Origin: Terriglobia bacterium
GTDB taxonomy: Bacteria; Acidobacteriota; Terriglobia; JAJPHL01; JAPKYU01
Reading direction: 5' to 3'
Length of the DNA stretch: 64,000 nucleotides
NCBI GenBank assembly: GCA_965223005.1
Contig: CBDCVK010000010.1
Span: 640,001-704,000, forward strand
Shown here: positions 9,692 through 23,192 of the stretch, piece after piece
How positions within the stretch are numbered: position 1 is the stretch's first letter
How the letters are laid out: each line of letters opens with the position of its first letter
Made by a program: the position numbers and the translations under genes
The notes under the pieces: model-generated
What the model saw: only the letters and a program-made list of their open reading frames with translations
Databases searched by the model: none
Told to the model about the DNA's origin: nothing

Positions 9692-9939
9692 ACGAGAGTG
9701 GAGGAGAGCTGTTGACCCAGGAGTGCGAAAAGCTGTTCGCCCGCGGAATCCGCGCGTTGCAACTGGACTTTGCCGGCGCCTCGCTGGTGAACAGTATCGG
9801 CATCTCCTTCCTGCTGGACATTGTCGAAGAGGCGGAGCACACGGCCAGACAGCTGGAGTTTTCGCGAGTCCCCGAGCACATGCTGGAACTGTTTAACCTT
9901 CTAGGAATTTGTGCCCGGGTGCCAGTGCGTCAACTATGA
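9670..9939 (+). CDS. STAS anti-sigma-factor antagonist, apparently lacking its N-terminus
   Basis: YLNESGGE...LDFAGASLVNSIGISFLL...ELFNLLGI; no clear RBS or start; stop overlaps the HD-GYP start (ATGA). Confidence 0.75.
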   Translation: MPRCPYLNESGGELLTQECEKLFARGIRALQLDFAGASLVNSIGISFLLDIVEEAEHTARQLEFSRVPEHMLELFNLLGICARVPVRQL

Positions 9940-11243
9940 AGGCGAGCGGAAAAGAATATCAGCGGCTGCTGTTCACGCTGGATGCGTTCACCGACCTGAG
10001 CCAGCAGGCTGTGGAGACCCGTGAGCTTGCGACGGCCAGCCGCTCGATCCTGTATTTGCTGCTGGGCTCGGTCGGCGTTCCCCGGGGGGCATTGTGGCGC
10101 TGCGATGCGGCTGGACGGTTGCACCCAATGGCGGTCAAGGGCGGGCCGGCGGGCGCTCGGCGCGGGGCGGAATTTGACCGCACCTTGCCGATGTTCAAGC
10201 GCAACGAAGCTGCCGAGTTTCTGGAGACTCCAGAACTGCTGGCCGCCAATGACAAGAGGCTGCCCAACGCGCTGCGCACCTACCTTTCACGCACGGGGCT
10301 GACGCAGGTGCTGCCGCTGGTGATGCGCGGACGTCTGTCCGGCCTGTTGGGCCTTGGCAGCCGCCTCAACGCTGTCCCGCTCACCGTGCACGAGCGCGGC
10401 GCCCTGGAGACGCTGGGGCGGTACGCCGCCGTGCTGCTCTACCAGCACGATCTGATGCAAACGCTGCGCGCGGCCGTCGAAGAGAATGTGCGCCTGTGTG
10501 AGACCCTGGCCAGCACCTACTTCGACACGGTGCAGGCTTTTTCCACCGCGATTGACGCCAAGGACGTCTACACGCGCGGCCACTCCGTGAGGGTGGCGCG
10601 CTACTCGTCGGCGCTGGCAGGACGCCTGCAACTGTCCCGCAAGGCGGCGGCCGGCATCCGCATCGGCGCCTACCTGCACGACATCGGCAAGATCGTCTTG
10701 GACCGCGCCCTGCTCAACAAGACCGGCCGCCTCAGCGACGATGAACGAAGCGAGGTGGCCTACCACCCCCTGGTGGGCGACGAGGTGCTCTCGGCGGTCA
10801 GCTTCCCCTGGCCGGAAGTTCGCAGCGTAGTCCGATCGCACCACGAGCGCGTGGACGGCAGCGGGTACCCCGACGGCCTGCAGGGCAACCAGATTCCACT
10901 GCCCGCGCGCGTGCTGGCCCTCGCCGACGCCTTCGACGCCATGACCAGCAACCGCCCGTACCGCAACCGAATGCCGCTGGATTTAGCCCTGTCAGAACTG
11001 GTGCGCTGTAGCGGCGACCAGTTCGAACCGGCGGTGGTGCGCGCTTTCTTGAAGCAGTGCCGTAGCGAAGTCGAATCCAGGGAGAAGAACGGAAAGGCGC
11101 ACAAGAACGGGGACCCGGACAGGCAACAACCGCTGCGTGTCTTCGGCCCGCTGCTGGACCGATCAGGGGGACGGGTAACCACCTCCGCCATTGACAGCCT
11201 GCTGAAAAAGCTGGGTCCGGTAGCCGCGTTGCAGCCGGCCTGA
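9936..11243 (+). CDS. GAF + HD-GYP cyclic dinucleotide phosphodiesterase
   Basis: DAKDVYTRGHS, YLHDIGK, HHERVDGSGYP, ADAFDAMTSNRPYR; N-terminal GAF-like VLPL...GLLGLG. Confidence 0.92.
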   Translation: MKASGKEYQRLLFTLDAFTDLSQQAVETRELATASRSILYLLLGSVGVPRGALWRCDAAGRLHPMAVKGGPAGARRGAEFDRTLPMFKRNEAAEFLETPELLAANDKRLPNALRTYLSRTGLTQVLPLVMRGRLSGLLGLGSRLNAVPLTVHERGALETLGRYAAVLLYQHDLMQTLRAAVEENVRLCETLASTYFDTVQAFSTAIDAKDVYTRGHSVRVARYSSALAGRLQLSRKAAAGIRIGAYLHDIGKIVLDRALLNKTGRLSDDERSEVAYHPLVGDEVLSAVSFPWPEVRSVVRSHHERVDGSGYPDGLQGNQIPLPARVLALADAFDAMTSNRPYRNRMPLDLALSELVRCSGDQFEPAVVRAFLKQCRSEVESREKNGKAHKNGDPDRQQPLRVFGPLLDRSGGRVTTSAIDSLLKKLGPVAALQPA

Positions 11244-11304
11244 AGCCGCCACCCTCGCCTTCGCCGAACATCGGGTGGGCAGAGGACGACAGCCAGTCCA
11301 GTGA

Positions 11305-11832
11305 TTAGTCCTGTTGCCCTTCTTCCGCTCGCTTTCTTTTCTGCTTCTTTCCTTTGGGCATCTTCTCCAGAACCTTCCGCAACCGCTGCATACTGTCCCG
11401 GGTAGTGTCAATCGTCCGGTCCAGGATAAAGCGGTAGTCGCTCAAGTCCCTGGGGTTGAGGGCCCGGAAGGATTCCAGCAGCTTCAGGAATTCGGGCTCG
11501 GCTTTCAGCACCCGTTCTACTCCCTTGCGCACGGGATCGCGCCGGTCCACGGCTTGCTCGACGTTCGCCTCAATGGCGTCAATGATCAGGTCGTATTCCG
11601 AAAGGCGGGCGTGAATTCGCCGCGCGCGACGGGCATCCTTGCCAGCCAGTTCCTTCTCCACCGCAGCCAACCGCTGCCTCGCAAATCCCACATACAGCTT
11701 CAGGCGCAGGTTCGGTTCTTGGGCCTTGCGAATCTCGCTGATTTCGCCGGGGGCCAGGAACTCACGCCACTGCGCCTGCACGGGCAGAGCGAGCGCGATG
11801 GCCAGCACTAGCGCCGCGCGGTGAGGATTCAT
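11305..11832 (-). CDS. Exported helical hypothetical protein
   Basis: Signal peptide ending VQA; amphipathic helices; 4-bp overlap with the upstream gene. Confidence 0.75.
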   Translation of the reverse strand: MNPHRAALVLAIALALPVQAQWREFLAPGEISEIRKAQEPNLRLKLYVGFARQRLAAVEKELAGKDARRARRIHARLSEYDLIIDAIEANVEQAVDRRDPVRKGVERVLKAEPEFLKLLESFRALNPRDLSDYRFILDRTIDTTRDSMQRLRKVLEKMPKGKKQKRKRAEEGQQD

Positions 11833-12314
11833 TTCTTCTTTTCCTTCCCTTTCATGATGCCCAGCAGCAGGTCCTCGCGGAGTTCGGTTAGGCGCGCGGT
11901 GATCTTCTGAATTCCTTCGCGATCCTGAACAGGCACCGCCAGGCGAAAGTCCGCTAGCCGGCGTTCCAGTTTGCGGAACGTGATCTCGGCGTCCTTGAAG
12001 CCACCTGGCTTCTTGCGAGGATTTCGCCCGGTCTTAAACAACCGGTCGTGCGCTTTCTCGCTCCAAGAAAGCATCTCCTTCAGTTTCTTCAGCCCACTCT
12101 CCGAATCGCCCTCCAAATAGAGCTTTCGACCCTCTTTGAAGCTGATTTCGGCCAGCTGCACCTCGAGGCGGGCCTTCTTAATGGGATCATACTGGCGGGC
12201 CAGCTTGGCTTCGATCTTAGCACGGTCGTCGGCGGCGGCCAGGGCCAGCACCAGGATCAACACCAGGGCCAACAAGGTCGCTACCCGGAAGCTTTGGCTC
12301 CTGTGGAAGCTCAC
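11829..12314 (-). CDS. Exported helical hypothetical protein
   Basis: Hydrophobic signal; RNPRKKPGGFKDAEI segment; 4-bp overlaps on both sides. Confidence 0.75.
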   Translation of the reverse strand: MSFHRSQSFRVATLLALVLILVLALAAADDRAKIEAKLARQYDPIKKARLEVQLAEISFKEGRKLYLEGDSESGLKKLKEMLSWSEKAHDRLFKTGRNPRKKPGGFKDAEITFRKLERRLADFRLAVPVQDREGIQKITARLTELREDLLLGIMKGKEKKK

Positions 12315-13656
12315 CGCCTTTTCCCCTTGTCGCCTCGTTGCAGACGTCGCTTCAAGGCTTTGATGCGCTGACGGGCCTGAAATTCCTGGTTGGGAAATTG
12401 GTCGTGACTGATGGCCAGGAAGCGCTCGTAGCTTTTCATGGCCCGCTCCACGTGATCCAGTTTATCCAGGCTGATGGCGCGAAGGAAGTGTAACCAGGGG
12501 GTCTCCGGCGCCACGCGCTCTACCCGGTCCAGCACCACCAATGTGCCAGGCAAGTTCCCTTGCAGGTACAAAACATTCGCCAGATCCACATACGCATTCG
12601 GCAGATCGGACCGCAGAGCGACTGCAGCCTCCAGCTCCTTCTGGGCTGCCAGGAAATTCCGTTGCGCCGTCAGCATTTCTCCAAGCAGCAGGCGGACATC
12701 GTAGTTGCGAGGATCGGCAGCAGCCAGCTTTTGCAGCAGCGGAATAGCATCGTCCGCCCGCTCCGCCCCAACGTAGGCGCGTGCCAGGTTCCAATCGTCT
12801 TCGGGCGATGGCTTTATCTGTGCCGCTGCCTCATACTGGGCCGCCGCCTCCGCGTACTGCCTGTTCGCCAGCAACAGCGCTCCCAGGCGGCGGCGCACGG
12901 CCACATTGGAGGGCTCGCGCTCAACCAATTCGGCATAGGACCCACGGGCCTCCTCTTCTCGTCCGGTCCGCTCCAACAGCCGCGCCATTTCCACGCGAGC
13001 CGTGGTATCTGTCGGCTCCAACTGGATGGCCTGGGCCAGATGCTGCTCGGCTTCCTCAAGCTTTTTCAGCTCCACCAGCAGCCTGCCCAAGGCGTAATGG
13101 GCCGGGTGAGACTTGGGGTCCAGGGCGAGGGTTTTGCGGTAGTGCTCAACCGCCTGGGCCGAGTTGCCACTGGCCGCGACCGCATCGGCCAGCAGCAAGT
13201 GGGCCCGAGCGTCCTTGGGACGGGCAGCCACCACTGCCTCCAGATGCTGGACCGCCTCAGCCGCTTGCTTCTCTTCCAACAGCAGGATTCCCAGGTTCAG
13301 GCTGCCCTGAGTGAGTTTCGGCCGAAGCTCCAGGGCTTTCTTGTAGGCGGCAATCGCCTCGGCGCGCTCCCCCAGCATGGTGTGTGCATAGGCCAGATCA
13401 AACCAGGCCCGGTCATTCTTTGGCTCCTGCGCCGTAAGCTCCTTCAGCAGCGTCAGGGCGGCGGCGTAGTCCTTGGCGTCCAGTGCCTTTTCGGCTTTTA
13501 CGATGGCGTCTTCTACGATCGCTTCCCTGGAAGCCGGCCCTTCGGCGGAAACCGGCTCTTTGGCAGGCTTGTCTTGGGAGGCAAACAGGCAGCTTCCCAG
13601 AAGCACCACACAGGCCGCGCTCCGCCAAAGCCAGCCGTAGCCGAGTTGGATTGCAC

Positions 13657-13660
<4 letters not shown>
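12311..13660 (-). CDS. Exported tetratricopeptide-repeat protein
   Basis: Signal peptide and multiple TPR units (AWFDLAYAH...AIAAYKKALELRP). Confidence 0.88.
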
Positions 13661-16656
<2,996 letters not shown>

Positions 16657-16875
16657 CTGAGCCGAGTCCCCTTGCGAAAAACCTTAGCGCCAGGGCAATT
16701 CTTTATTATATCGCTAGGCAATAGGGGTACCCCTCCGGCAAGCGCATCTCTTCATCCCTCTCCATTGCGAGCAGTGGACCTGGCCATCGGCAGGCGGTGC
16801 TTGCCGTCGCCCTGGCGCTCATCCCAATTTCGCTCCGGTATTACTTCCGCTAGTCGGAGTTTCTCGCGAGATTCA

Positions 16876-16930
16876 AGCTCCCCGGAGCGAAAGAAAACAG
16901 CCCCGGCCGTAAGGCCTGGGAAACCCGGGA
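16876..16930. repeat. REP-like GC-rich palindrome
   Basis: ccccggcc-gtaa-ggcctggg hairpin with a GNRA loop in intergenic DNA; single copy in this window. Confidence 0.35.
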
Positions 16931-16950
16931 ACATTTGCTAAGCTGGCCGG

Positions 16951-17613
16951 GTGGCTGCGCTGGAGGTGATCGTATTCGCGCGGACGCCCGCCGCCGGGCG
17001 AGTCAAGACGCGGCTGATCGGGCGTCTGACCCCCCAGCAAGCCGCCGAACTGCACCAAGCCATGATCACCGATACGGCCGCCATGGTCGCCACCCTGCCC
17101 CTGGAGGCCCAGCGCCGCATCCTGTTCAGCGAAGCGCCGGCGACGATGGCCTTTCCCAAGAGCATCGAAGTCGGACGCCAGGCGCAGGGTGATCTGGGGG
17201 CACGGCTGGTCGCCGCCATTGGAGACGCTTTCGCCGGGGGCACCGAGAAAGCGATCGTGCTGGGCAGCGACAGCCCGCACCTGCCTCCGTCGCGCATCTC
17301 GGAAGCCGTCGAGGCACTGGACACCGCCGACCTGGTGCTGGGTCCCACAGATGATGGCGGGTATTACCTGGTGGGTTGCCGAGCGGGGCGGTTTTCACCT
17401 GCGGTGTTTGCTGGGGTGGAATGGGGAAGCGATCGCGTCTTCCAGCAGACGTGCGCAGCCGCCGTTGCCGCCGGCCTCGCGATCGCGTCGCTGGCCCCCT
17501 GCTACGACCTGGATGAATGGAAAGACCTGATGCGCTTTGCCCGCGAAGCTGCACCCGCCCCGCGGACGCGCGCCCTGCTGGACGCCCTTCGCTCGGAATG
17601 CGTCGATCTGTAG
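16951..17613 (+). CDS. TIGR04282/DUF2064-family glycosyltransferase-like protein
   Basis: FARTPAAGRVKTRL, QGDLGARL, GSDSPHL, LGPTDDGGYYLVG, YDLDEWKDL. Confidence 0.88.
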   Translation: MAALEVIVFARTPAAGRVKTRLIGRLTPQQAAELHQAMITDTAAMVATLPLEAQRRILFSEAPATMAFPKSIEVGRQAQGDLGARLVAAIGDAFAGGTEKAIVLGSDSPHLPPSRISEAVEALDTADLVLGPTDDGGYYLVGCRAGRFSPAVFAGVEWGSDRVFQQTCAAAVAAGLAIASLAPCYDLDEWKDLMRFAREAAPAPRTRALLDALRSECVDL

Positions 17614-17649
17614 CATTCCCCCCACGACGCAGCTCGCCCTAGCCGGCCG

Positions 17650-18606
17650 CTAGGCGGTCCGCTGGCTGACCTTGCTCCGGAAAAACTCCAGGGTCACGCC
17701 CAACCCCTCTTCCAGCCCTACACGGGGCTCCCAGCCGAGCAACTGGCGCGCGCGGGAAATATCCGGGCAGCGGTGCCTGGGGTCGTCTTCCGGCAGCGGG
17801 CGGAACTTGATGCCCGAACGGTTGCCGGTGAGCGACTGGATCAGCCGGGCCAGTTCCAGGATGCTCATTTCCTGTGGATTGCCCAGATTGATGGGCAGGT
17901 GCTCCGGGCGCTTCATTGCCCTGGCCATCGCGCGGGTCATGCCCTCCACCAGGTCGGAGATGTAGCAGAAGCTGCGGGTTTGCGTCCCATCGCCGTAGAC
18001 CGTCAGCGGCTGGCCAGAGAGCGCCTGCTGGAACAGATTGGGGATCACGCGCCCGTCGCCCAGCTTCATGCGCGGCCCGTAGGTATTGAAGATGCGCACA
18101 ATGCGCGTGTCCAGCCCGCTGTAGCGGTGGTAGGCCATGGTCAGGGCCTCGCCGTAGCGCTTGGCCTCGTCGTACACCGAGCGCGCCCCGACCGGATTAA
18201 CGTTCCCCCAATAGGTTTCTGGCTGCGGACGCACCTCCGGGTCGCCGTAGCACTCCGAGGTCGAGGCCTGCAGGAAGCGCGCTCCTTTTTCCAGCGCCAA
18301 CTCCAGCGCATTCTGTGTGCCCAGCGAGCCCACCCGCAACGTCTCCAGACCATGTCGGAGGTAGTCGGCAGGACTGGCGGGCGAAGCCAGGTTCAGAACC
18401 CAATCCACCGGACCCTTTACATGCAGAGGCTCCACCAGGTCGTGCTCACGGAACTGCCAGCAGGGCTGGGAGGCGAGGTGCGCCAGGTTCTCTGGAACAC
18501 CGGTCAGGAAGTTGTCCACCCCGACCACCTCATCGCCGCGTGCCAGCAGCAAATCGCTAAGGTGGGAGCCGATGAAGCCGGCCGCTCCGGTCAGCACGAT
18601 CCGCAT
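17650..18606 (-). CDS. UDP-glucuronate decarboxylase-like NAD-dependent epimerase/dehydratase
   Basis: [41 protein letters not shown]. Confidence 0.92.
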   Translation of the reverse strand: MRIVLTGAAGFIGSHLSDLLLARGDEVVGVDNFLTGVPENLAHLASQPCWQFREHDLVEPLHVKGPVDWVLNLASPASPADYLRHGLETLRVGSLGTQNALELALEKGARFLQASTSECYGDPEVRPQPETYWGNVNPVGARSVYDEAKRYGEALTMAYHRYSGLDTRIVRIFNTYGPRMKLGDGRVIPNLFQQALSGQPLTVYGDGTQTRSFCYISDLVEGMTRAMARAMKRPEHLPINLGNPQEMSILELARLIQSLTGNRSGIKFRPLPEDDPRHRCPDISRARQLLGWEPRVGLEEGLGVTLEFFRSKVSQRTA

Positions 18607-18723
18607 GCGGCAAGCAGTTTGGCACAGGCCTAGGCCATGGGGGAAGAGAATGGCGAGGCAGTCGCGGCTGGCGGCCTTGCGCCGCAAACTGGCCAAACGC
18701 TCCTCGCAGTTCTGAGCAGGACG

Positions 18724-19146
18724 CTACTGCTTCAGTTCGCGCTCCAGGCGGGCAATTGCTTTGCGAACCTTCTTTGCTTTCTTCCTCTTGGGTTCCAGCT
18801 CCAGATACTTCTGATAGCTCTCCAGGGCATTCCTCAGCTCGCCCCGCTCCTCATAGGCTCGTCCCAGCTTGAAGTAGGCCGCCGCTAGGCGCGGATGCCA
18901 CTTCAGGGCTTCCCGGAAGCGCGCCACTGCGGCGGTGTACTTGCCCTTTCTCAGGTAGAAATTGCCGACCTTCATCTCTTTCTTCGCCTGGCGGGGATTC
19001 AAGGCGTACTCCACCGTCGTTTCGCCATCCGGCTCGGGGCTGGGCGCGCTGGGGTCGACGAGCACCACTTCCGGCTTTTTCTTGGGCGGGTCCTGAGGGG
19101 GCTTTTCCTGTAGCAACAACAGGGAAAGCAGAATCGGCGCGAGCAT
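18724..19146 (-). CDS. Small exported TPR protein
   Basis: Signal-like N-terminus; VGNFYLRKGKY..A..RF, AYFKLGRAYE TPR units. Confidence 0.8.
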   Translation of the reverse strand: MLAPILLSLLLLQEKPPQDPPKKKPEVVLVDPSAPSPEPDGETTVEYALNPRQAKKEMKVGNFYLRKGKYTAAVARFREALKWHPRLAAAYFKLGRAYEERGELRNALESYQKYLELEPKRKKAKKVRKAIARLERELKQ

Positions 19147-19214
19147 AAAGAAATTATAGTGCCAGAAAGGTTGAGGAAGGACGAACAGGAACGGAATCGT
19201 GCCCAGCGCTTCTT

Positions 19215-19946
19215 TCAGCGGCGTTCGACGAACACGCTGCAGGCAGCCTCGTGGCCAACGAACTGCTCGACGCCGGTGCCGCCGACGCGCACCCTCACGG
19301 GGCCGCCAAAGGGGAGCTTTTCCACCACCTCCAGCCGGGTCTTCGGGACCAATCCCAGCGAAACCAGGTACTGCAACAGTTCCCCGTCATTGTCCCGCAC
19401 GCGGCAGACCTCCAGTTTTTCGCCCACTTCGGCGTCCGCCAGCATTCCGCCCAGGATCTTGGGGATAGAGCCGGAGCGCGTGGGGATGGGATCGCCGTGC
19501 GGATCCACCTGTGGGTGGCCCAGCAGGCGGTCAATGCTTTCTTCGAAATCTTCCGAGATGGCGTGCTCCAGGATTTCAGCTTCCGCGTGTACGCGCTCTA
19601 GCGGATAGCCGAGCGCGTGGCTGAGGTAAAGTTCCAGCAGGCGGTGGTGCCGCACGATTTCCAGAGCCACCCGCCGCCCCGCCGTCGTCAAGCGGACACC
19701 ACGGTAGCGGGAGTGATGCACCAGCCGCAGGGCGGAGAGGCGGCGGAGCATCTTGGTGACGGCGGCCGGCGACACCTTCAGCGCCTCAGCCAGAGCGCTG
19801 GTCGAGACCGGCGTTTCCCCGACCGTGAGCTGATAGACCGTCTTCAGGTAGTCTTCAACGGCCGCTCCCAGCGGGACCCGCGGCGGTCTGCGTTTGCCTC
19901 TGATGCCAGCCTCCTTCCTGTAACCTAATGTAGCGCCTGGCTCCAT
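19215..19946 (-). CDS. DtxR/MntR-family metal-dependent repressor with C-terminal FeoA/SH3-like domain
   Basis: EDYLKTVYQL, VSPAAVTKML HTH, RHHRLLELYL, VHAEAEILEH, DPHGDPIP; start uncertain. Confidence 0.93.
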   Translation of the reverse strand: MEPGATLGYRKEAGIRGKRRPPRVPLGAAVEDYLKTVYQLTVGETPVSTSALAEALKVSPAAVTKMLRRLSALRLVHHSRYRGVRLTTAGRRVALEIVRHHRLLELYLSHALGYPLERVHAEAEILEHAISEDFEESIDRLLGHPQVDPHGDPIPTRSGSIPKILGGMLADAEVGEKLEVCRVRDNDGELLQYLVSLGLVPKTRLEVVEKLPFGGPVRVRVGGTGVEQFVGHEAACSVFVERR

Positions 19947-20010
19947 GTCGGGCAACCCAGCCGGGCAACCCATCCAGCGACCGGGCGGTATGGCGCCTCT
20001 AATGGCAGCC

Positions 20011-21228
20011 CTACAGCGACTTCAGGAATTGTAGCAAAGCAGCGCGCTCCTGCTCTGTCAAAGACTCGAAGCGACGGCTGCTTTGCTCGGCCTGGCCCCA
20101 GTGCATACGAATGGCCTGCTCGATGGTCGCCGCCCGGCCGTCGTGGAGAAATGGGGAGCGCACCCGCAGCCCCCAAAGAGGCGCTGTACGGAACTCATCG
20201 CCGGAAGCATCACCCTGCGGTAACCCGTCGCCGGTGCCGATGTTGTGCAACAGCAGGTCGGAGTAAAGTCGCACAGGTTGGCGATCCAGCCAGGGCTGCG
20301 TCGCCGGACCCGTGAGCATTACCGGCAGGTGGCAGGCGGCGCAGCCGATCTGCTCGAACACCTGTGCGCCGGCCGCGGTCAACGTGTCTTGCGGCCCACG
20401 GGGAGGCGGACCCAGCATCCGCAGAAAATTGCCGAAGTTATCAATGCCGCGCAGGCCTGTCAGCGGTTCGCGCTCATCCTCAGGATCGGGGCGTGGGTCG
20501 CAGTCGCGTATCTTAAGTGGGTCGTCGAAGCCCGCCTCCACTTCTTGGGGGAACACATCGCTGGTGATGCCCATCTCCTCCAGGTAGGCTTCGGCGCCGA
20601 AGGTGAACAGAGTGGCCTGCTGCGCCTTCCAGCCGAAGCGGCCCACACGGGTTGTGTCGGTCGAGACGTCCACCACCATGTGCGGGCGCCCGCCGATGCC
20701 ATCCGGGTGGGATTGGTTGGTGGCAGCGCGCAGCAGCAGCACCTCTTCAGGAATCGCTTCGATCAACCCGTTGCCAAACAGCGGCAGCGACTTGCGTCGT
20801 GAAAACACGTTGGCCTCTGGCGGTATCAGCTTGTGGCAGCCGTGCGGCGGGATGGAGAAGAGCTGGAAGACAGAGCCGCCGGGCAGCTCGGTGTAGCTTC
20901 CGTCCTCGTTACGGAGCCCAGCCCGGAGCTCCAGGATGGTGCCGGAACCACCGACGGCCGGAATGCTGTGGCATTCGGCGCAGGAGCGCCCGTTGAAGAC
21001 CGGACCCAGCCCATCTCCCGGCTCCTCCACCTCCAGGAAATCCTCCAGGCCCAGTCGGAACAGCTCGAATTCAAACGGGGTCAGGCCGGGCACCGGGTCG
21101 CCGAATTGTGGCTCGCCCACCCCTACGGCGGCGCGTGCGCCTCCCGAGGAGCCACCGAGCCAGTACACCCCCGGAGCTGCCAGCAGTACAACGAGCAATA
21201 GCCCCAAGCCCAGCACTCTGCTGGTCAT
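20011..21228 (-). CDS. Di-haem oxidoreductase (DHOR, putative peroxidase family)
   Basis: GLGPVFNGRSCAECH, GRFGWKA, GCAACH, LYSDLLLH, FRTAPLWG, LHDGRA; N-terminal signal/TM; RBS AAGGAGG. Confidence 0.9.
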   Translation of the reverse strand: MTSRVLGLGLLLVVLLAAPGVYWLGGSSGGARAAVGVGEPQFGDPVPGLTPFEFELFRLGLEDFLEVEEPGDGLGPVFNGRSCAECHSIPAVGGSGTILELRAGLRNEDGSYTELPGGSVFQLFSIPPHGCHKLIPPEANVFSRRKSLPLFGNGLIEAIPEEVLLLRAATNQSHPDGIGGRPHMVVDVSTDTTRVGRFGWKAQQATLFTFGAEAYLEEMGITSDVFPQEVEAGFDDPLKIRDCDPRPDPEDEREPLTGLRGIDNFGNFLRMLGPPPRGPQDTLTAAGAQVFEQIGCAACHLPVMLTGPATQPWLDRQPVRLYSDLLLHNIGTGDGLPQGDASGDEFRTAPLWGLRVRSPFLHDGRAATIEQAIRMHWGQAEQSSRRFESLTEQERAALLQFLKSL

Positions 21229-21336
21229 CTTTCCCTCCTTTGCCCAAAACCCACTGTCATTGCAGTCGAACCGCAAGGAGCCGCTTGCTGATGCTTGCAG
21301 CTCGCAGCCCAAGCTTTCCGACTTTGCCTTTCCGCT

Positions 21337-21690
21337 TCACTTGACCATGATCACGCCCCGCATCATGTTGTGCCCGGCACCGCAGGCGCGCGAGCACTCG
21401 ATGACATACTGGCCGCGCTCGAGCGGTGGGATTTTCAGCTTCAGTTCTCCCTTGCCGCGCGCCGGAATCAAGTAATTGATCCCCAGCTTGCGAATCCAGA
21501 AGCCGTGCTGGGTGTCCTCGCTGACGATCGTCAGCTCCAGTGGCTGCCCCTTCTGCAGCTTGATTCGCGAAGGCGTGAAGCTAAAGCGTTCTGCGCGCAA
21601 GTACACGCGCTTCGGCTCACGCTCCGCCGGCTCCGGCCCCGCCTGGCCTAGCAGGAACAACAGCAACACCGGTACTGCGTAGGGAATCAC
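21337..21690 (-). CDS. Exported stand-alone cupredoxin with CuA-type ligand set
   Basis: Signal peptide; FSFTPSRI, SEDTQHGF...CSRACGAGHNMM (H...CxxxCxxxHxxM); GGAGG before the GTG start. Confidence 0.85.
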   Translation of the reverse strand: MIPYAVPVLLLFLLGQAGPEPAEREPKRVYLRAERFSFTPSRIKLQKGQPLELTIVSEDTQHGFWIRKLGINYLIPARGKGELKLKIPPLERGQYVIECSRACGAGHNMMRGVIMVK

Positions 21691-21761
21691 CTGGTTGCCT
21701 CCATCGGAAGAAATTCGACAGCCCCAATCGTCAATGAACCAATCCTCACTGATCCAATTCT

Positions 21762-23183
21762 CTAGAACCACCAGCCGAGGCCAAGATTGAACTGGTCCCG
21801 GGTGCCGATCACCTGACTGGCGTTGCGGTTGAAGACATAGTCGGCCTTGAACACCACATCCGGATGAGGGAAGTAGCTGGCACCCACCGTCCAGCTCGAG
21901 CGGTCAAATTGGTTCAATGGCAAGAACCCGGACGGCATCCTGTACTGCGTGTCGAAATTCTCGTAGCGGGTGAACACCGCCAGGTTCTGGGAGCTGTGGA
22001 ACGGCAACAGGTAAACAGCGGTTTCCAGGTAGAATCCCCGAATCTGCTCGGCGATGTTGGGATTGACGCCGATGCGACGTTGCAGCGTGCGGTTCAGCAA
22101 TCCCGCTTCCTGAATCTGCCCATGGGCGTACTGGCCGCGGAATTCCAGACGGCGCCAGGAGTAGCGCCCGTCGAAGCTGCCCAGGCGCACCGGCACGTCC
22201 AGATTCGGCGTGTCGAAACCTGTGCGGCCCGCCCAGATGCTGCCACCCAGCGTCAGGCGCGGGATGCCACGGTATTCCACTCGCGCCGTCGTGGCCACAT
22301 TGCGCACGTTGGAGCGGGAGCCTTTCTGCCGGCCGCCGCGCAGACCCTCGTCCGCGCTAAAGCCGGTGGCATCGAGCGGTGACATCAGGTAGAGACGATA
22401 GGTGAATCCGCGCCCCAAATCCCCCCAAGCTCCCACGCCGAGATCAAACCAGGTGCTGGGGATGATCACCGTGTCCACCATCGGGCGCTCGACTCCAAAG
22501 AAGGCAGGCGGCTCGTGCCGCTCGTTGATCACCCCCATCGGCGCCAGCACCATTCCCCCGCGCAGGTTGAAATAGGGATTCAGGTAGAAATCCAGGTAGG
22601 CCTGCTCCAGCTCCAGCTCCCCCTTTTCTTCGCCGTCTTCAACCAAGGCGTGCTCCAGCTCCAGCTCTGACCAAAGCTTGATGCGCGAGGAAAAACTGTG
22701 ACCGAACAGCAACACGAACCGGTGAAAGTCGAACTGGCCGGATTCCCCACGCGGCTTGTTCAGATGAAATTCCATGTAGCCTGCGAAGGGCAGCCGCGCG
22801 CTTTCCTCGGAATCATCGATCGGAGGGGAGGTGGCAGTCACAGAAATAGCCTGCACTGGCGCGGCGGCGGCGGGCGCCTCCACCGGCGACACGGGAACCT
22901 CGGGCGGCGACACGGGAACCTCGGGAGCCGTCCCAGTTGACGGCGCCGGAGCGGAGGCGGCAACCGCCGCCTGTGGCGGCGCAGTGCCCGCCTCCAGCCG
23001 CGCGAGGCGCTCTTCCAGCACCCGCACCTGCTCCTCTAAAGTGCGGATGCGCGTTTCCGGGTCCGGGGCCGGTTCCGGAGCCGCGTCCGGAGATCGCTGC
23101 GCAACGGCTGCACCGGCAAGCAGGAAAAACAGCCAAGCTGTTACACTTTTCTTTAACCCGGGTTTAAAAATGAACAATACCAT
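21762..23183 (-). CDS. Outer-membrane beta-barrel/porin with N-terminal coiled coil
   Basis: Signal peptide, coiled coil, Pro/Ala linker, FDFHRFVL, ELELEH, ELEQAYLDF, NERHEP, terminal LGWWF. Confidence 0.85.
   Translation of the reverse strand: MVLFIFKPGLKKSVTAWLFFLLAGAAVAQRSPDAAPEPAPDPETRIRTLEEQVRVLEERLARLEAGTAPPQAAVAASAPAPSTGTAPEVPVSPPEVPVSPVEAPAAAAPVQAISVTATSPPIDDSEESARLPFAGYMEFHLNKPRGESGQFDFHRFVLLFGHSFSSRIKLWSELELEHALVEDGEEKGELELEQAYLDFYLNPYFNLRGGMVLAPMGVINERHEPPAFFGVERPMVDTVIIPSTWFDLGVGAWGDLGRGFTYRLYLMSPLDATGFSADEGLRGGRQKGSRSNVRNVATTARVEYRGIPRLTLGGSIWAGRTGFDTPNLDVPVRLGSFDGRYSWRRLEFRGQYAHGQIQEAGLLNRTLQRRIGVNPNIAEQIRGFYLETAVYLLPFHSSQNLAVFTRYENFDTQYRMPSGFLPLNQFDRSSWTVGASYFPHPDVVFKADYVFNRNASQVIGTRDQFNLGLGWWF
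23149..23170. promoter_or_regulatory. Candidate DtxR/MntR-family operator
   Basis: Imperfect 22-bp palindrome ttctttaacccgggtttaaaaa with perfect core aacccgggtt, just downstream of the porin promoter. Confidence 0.55.
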
Positions 23184-23192
23184 GGTTCACGA

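Noticed and set aside
9689-9720. Selenocysteine or stop readthrough of the NTPase TGA
   Set aside because: The frame hits another TGA within a few codons and the STAS sequence lies in a different frame.
16657-16950. LexA box upstream of uvrA
   Set aside because: No GTTC-N7-GTTC, CTGT-N8-ACAG or GAAC-N4-GTTC pattern was seen by eye.
19911-19930. DtxR box upstream of or within the repressor gene (ttaggttac)
   Set aside because: Only one half-site matches; no palindrome.
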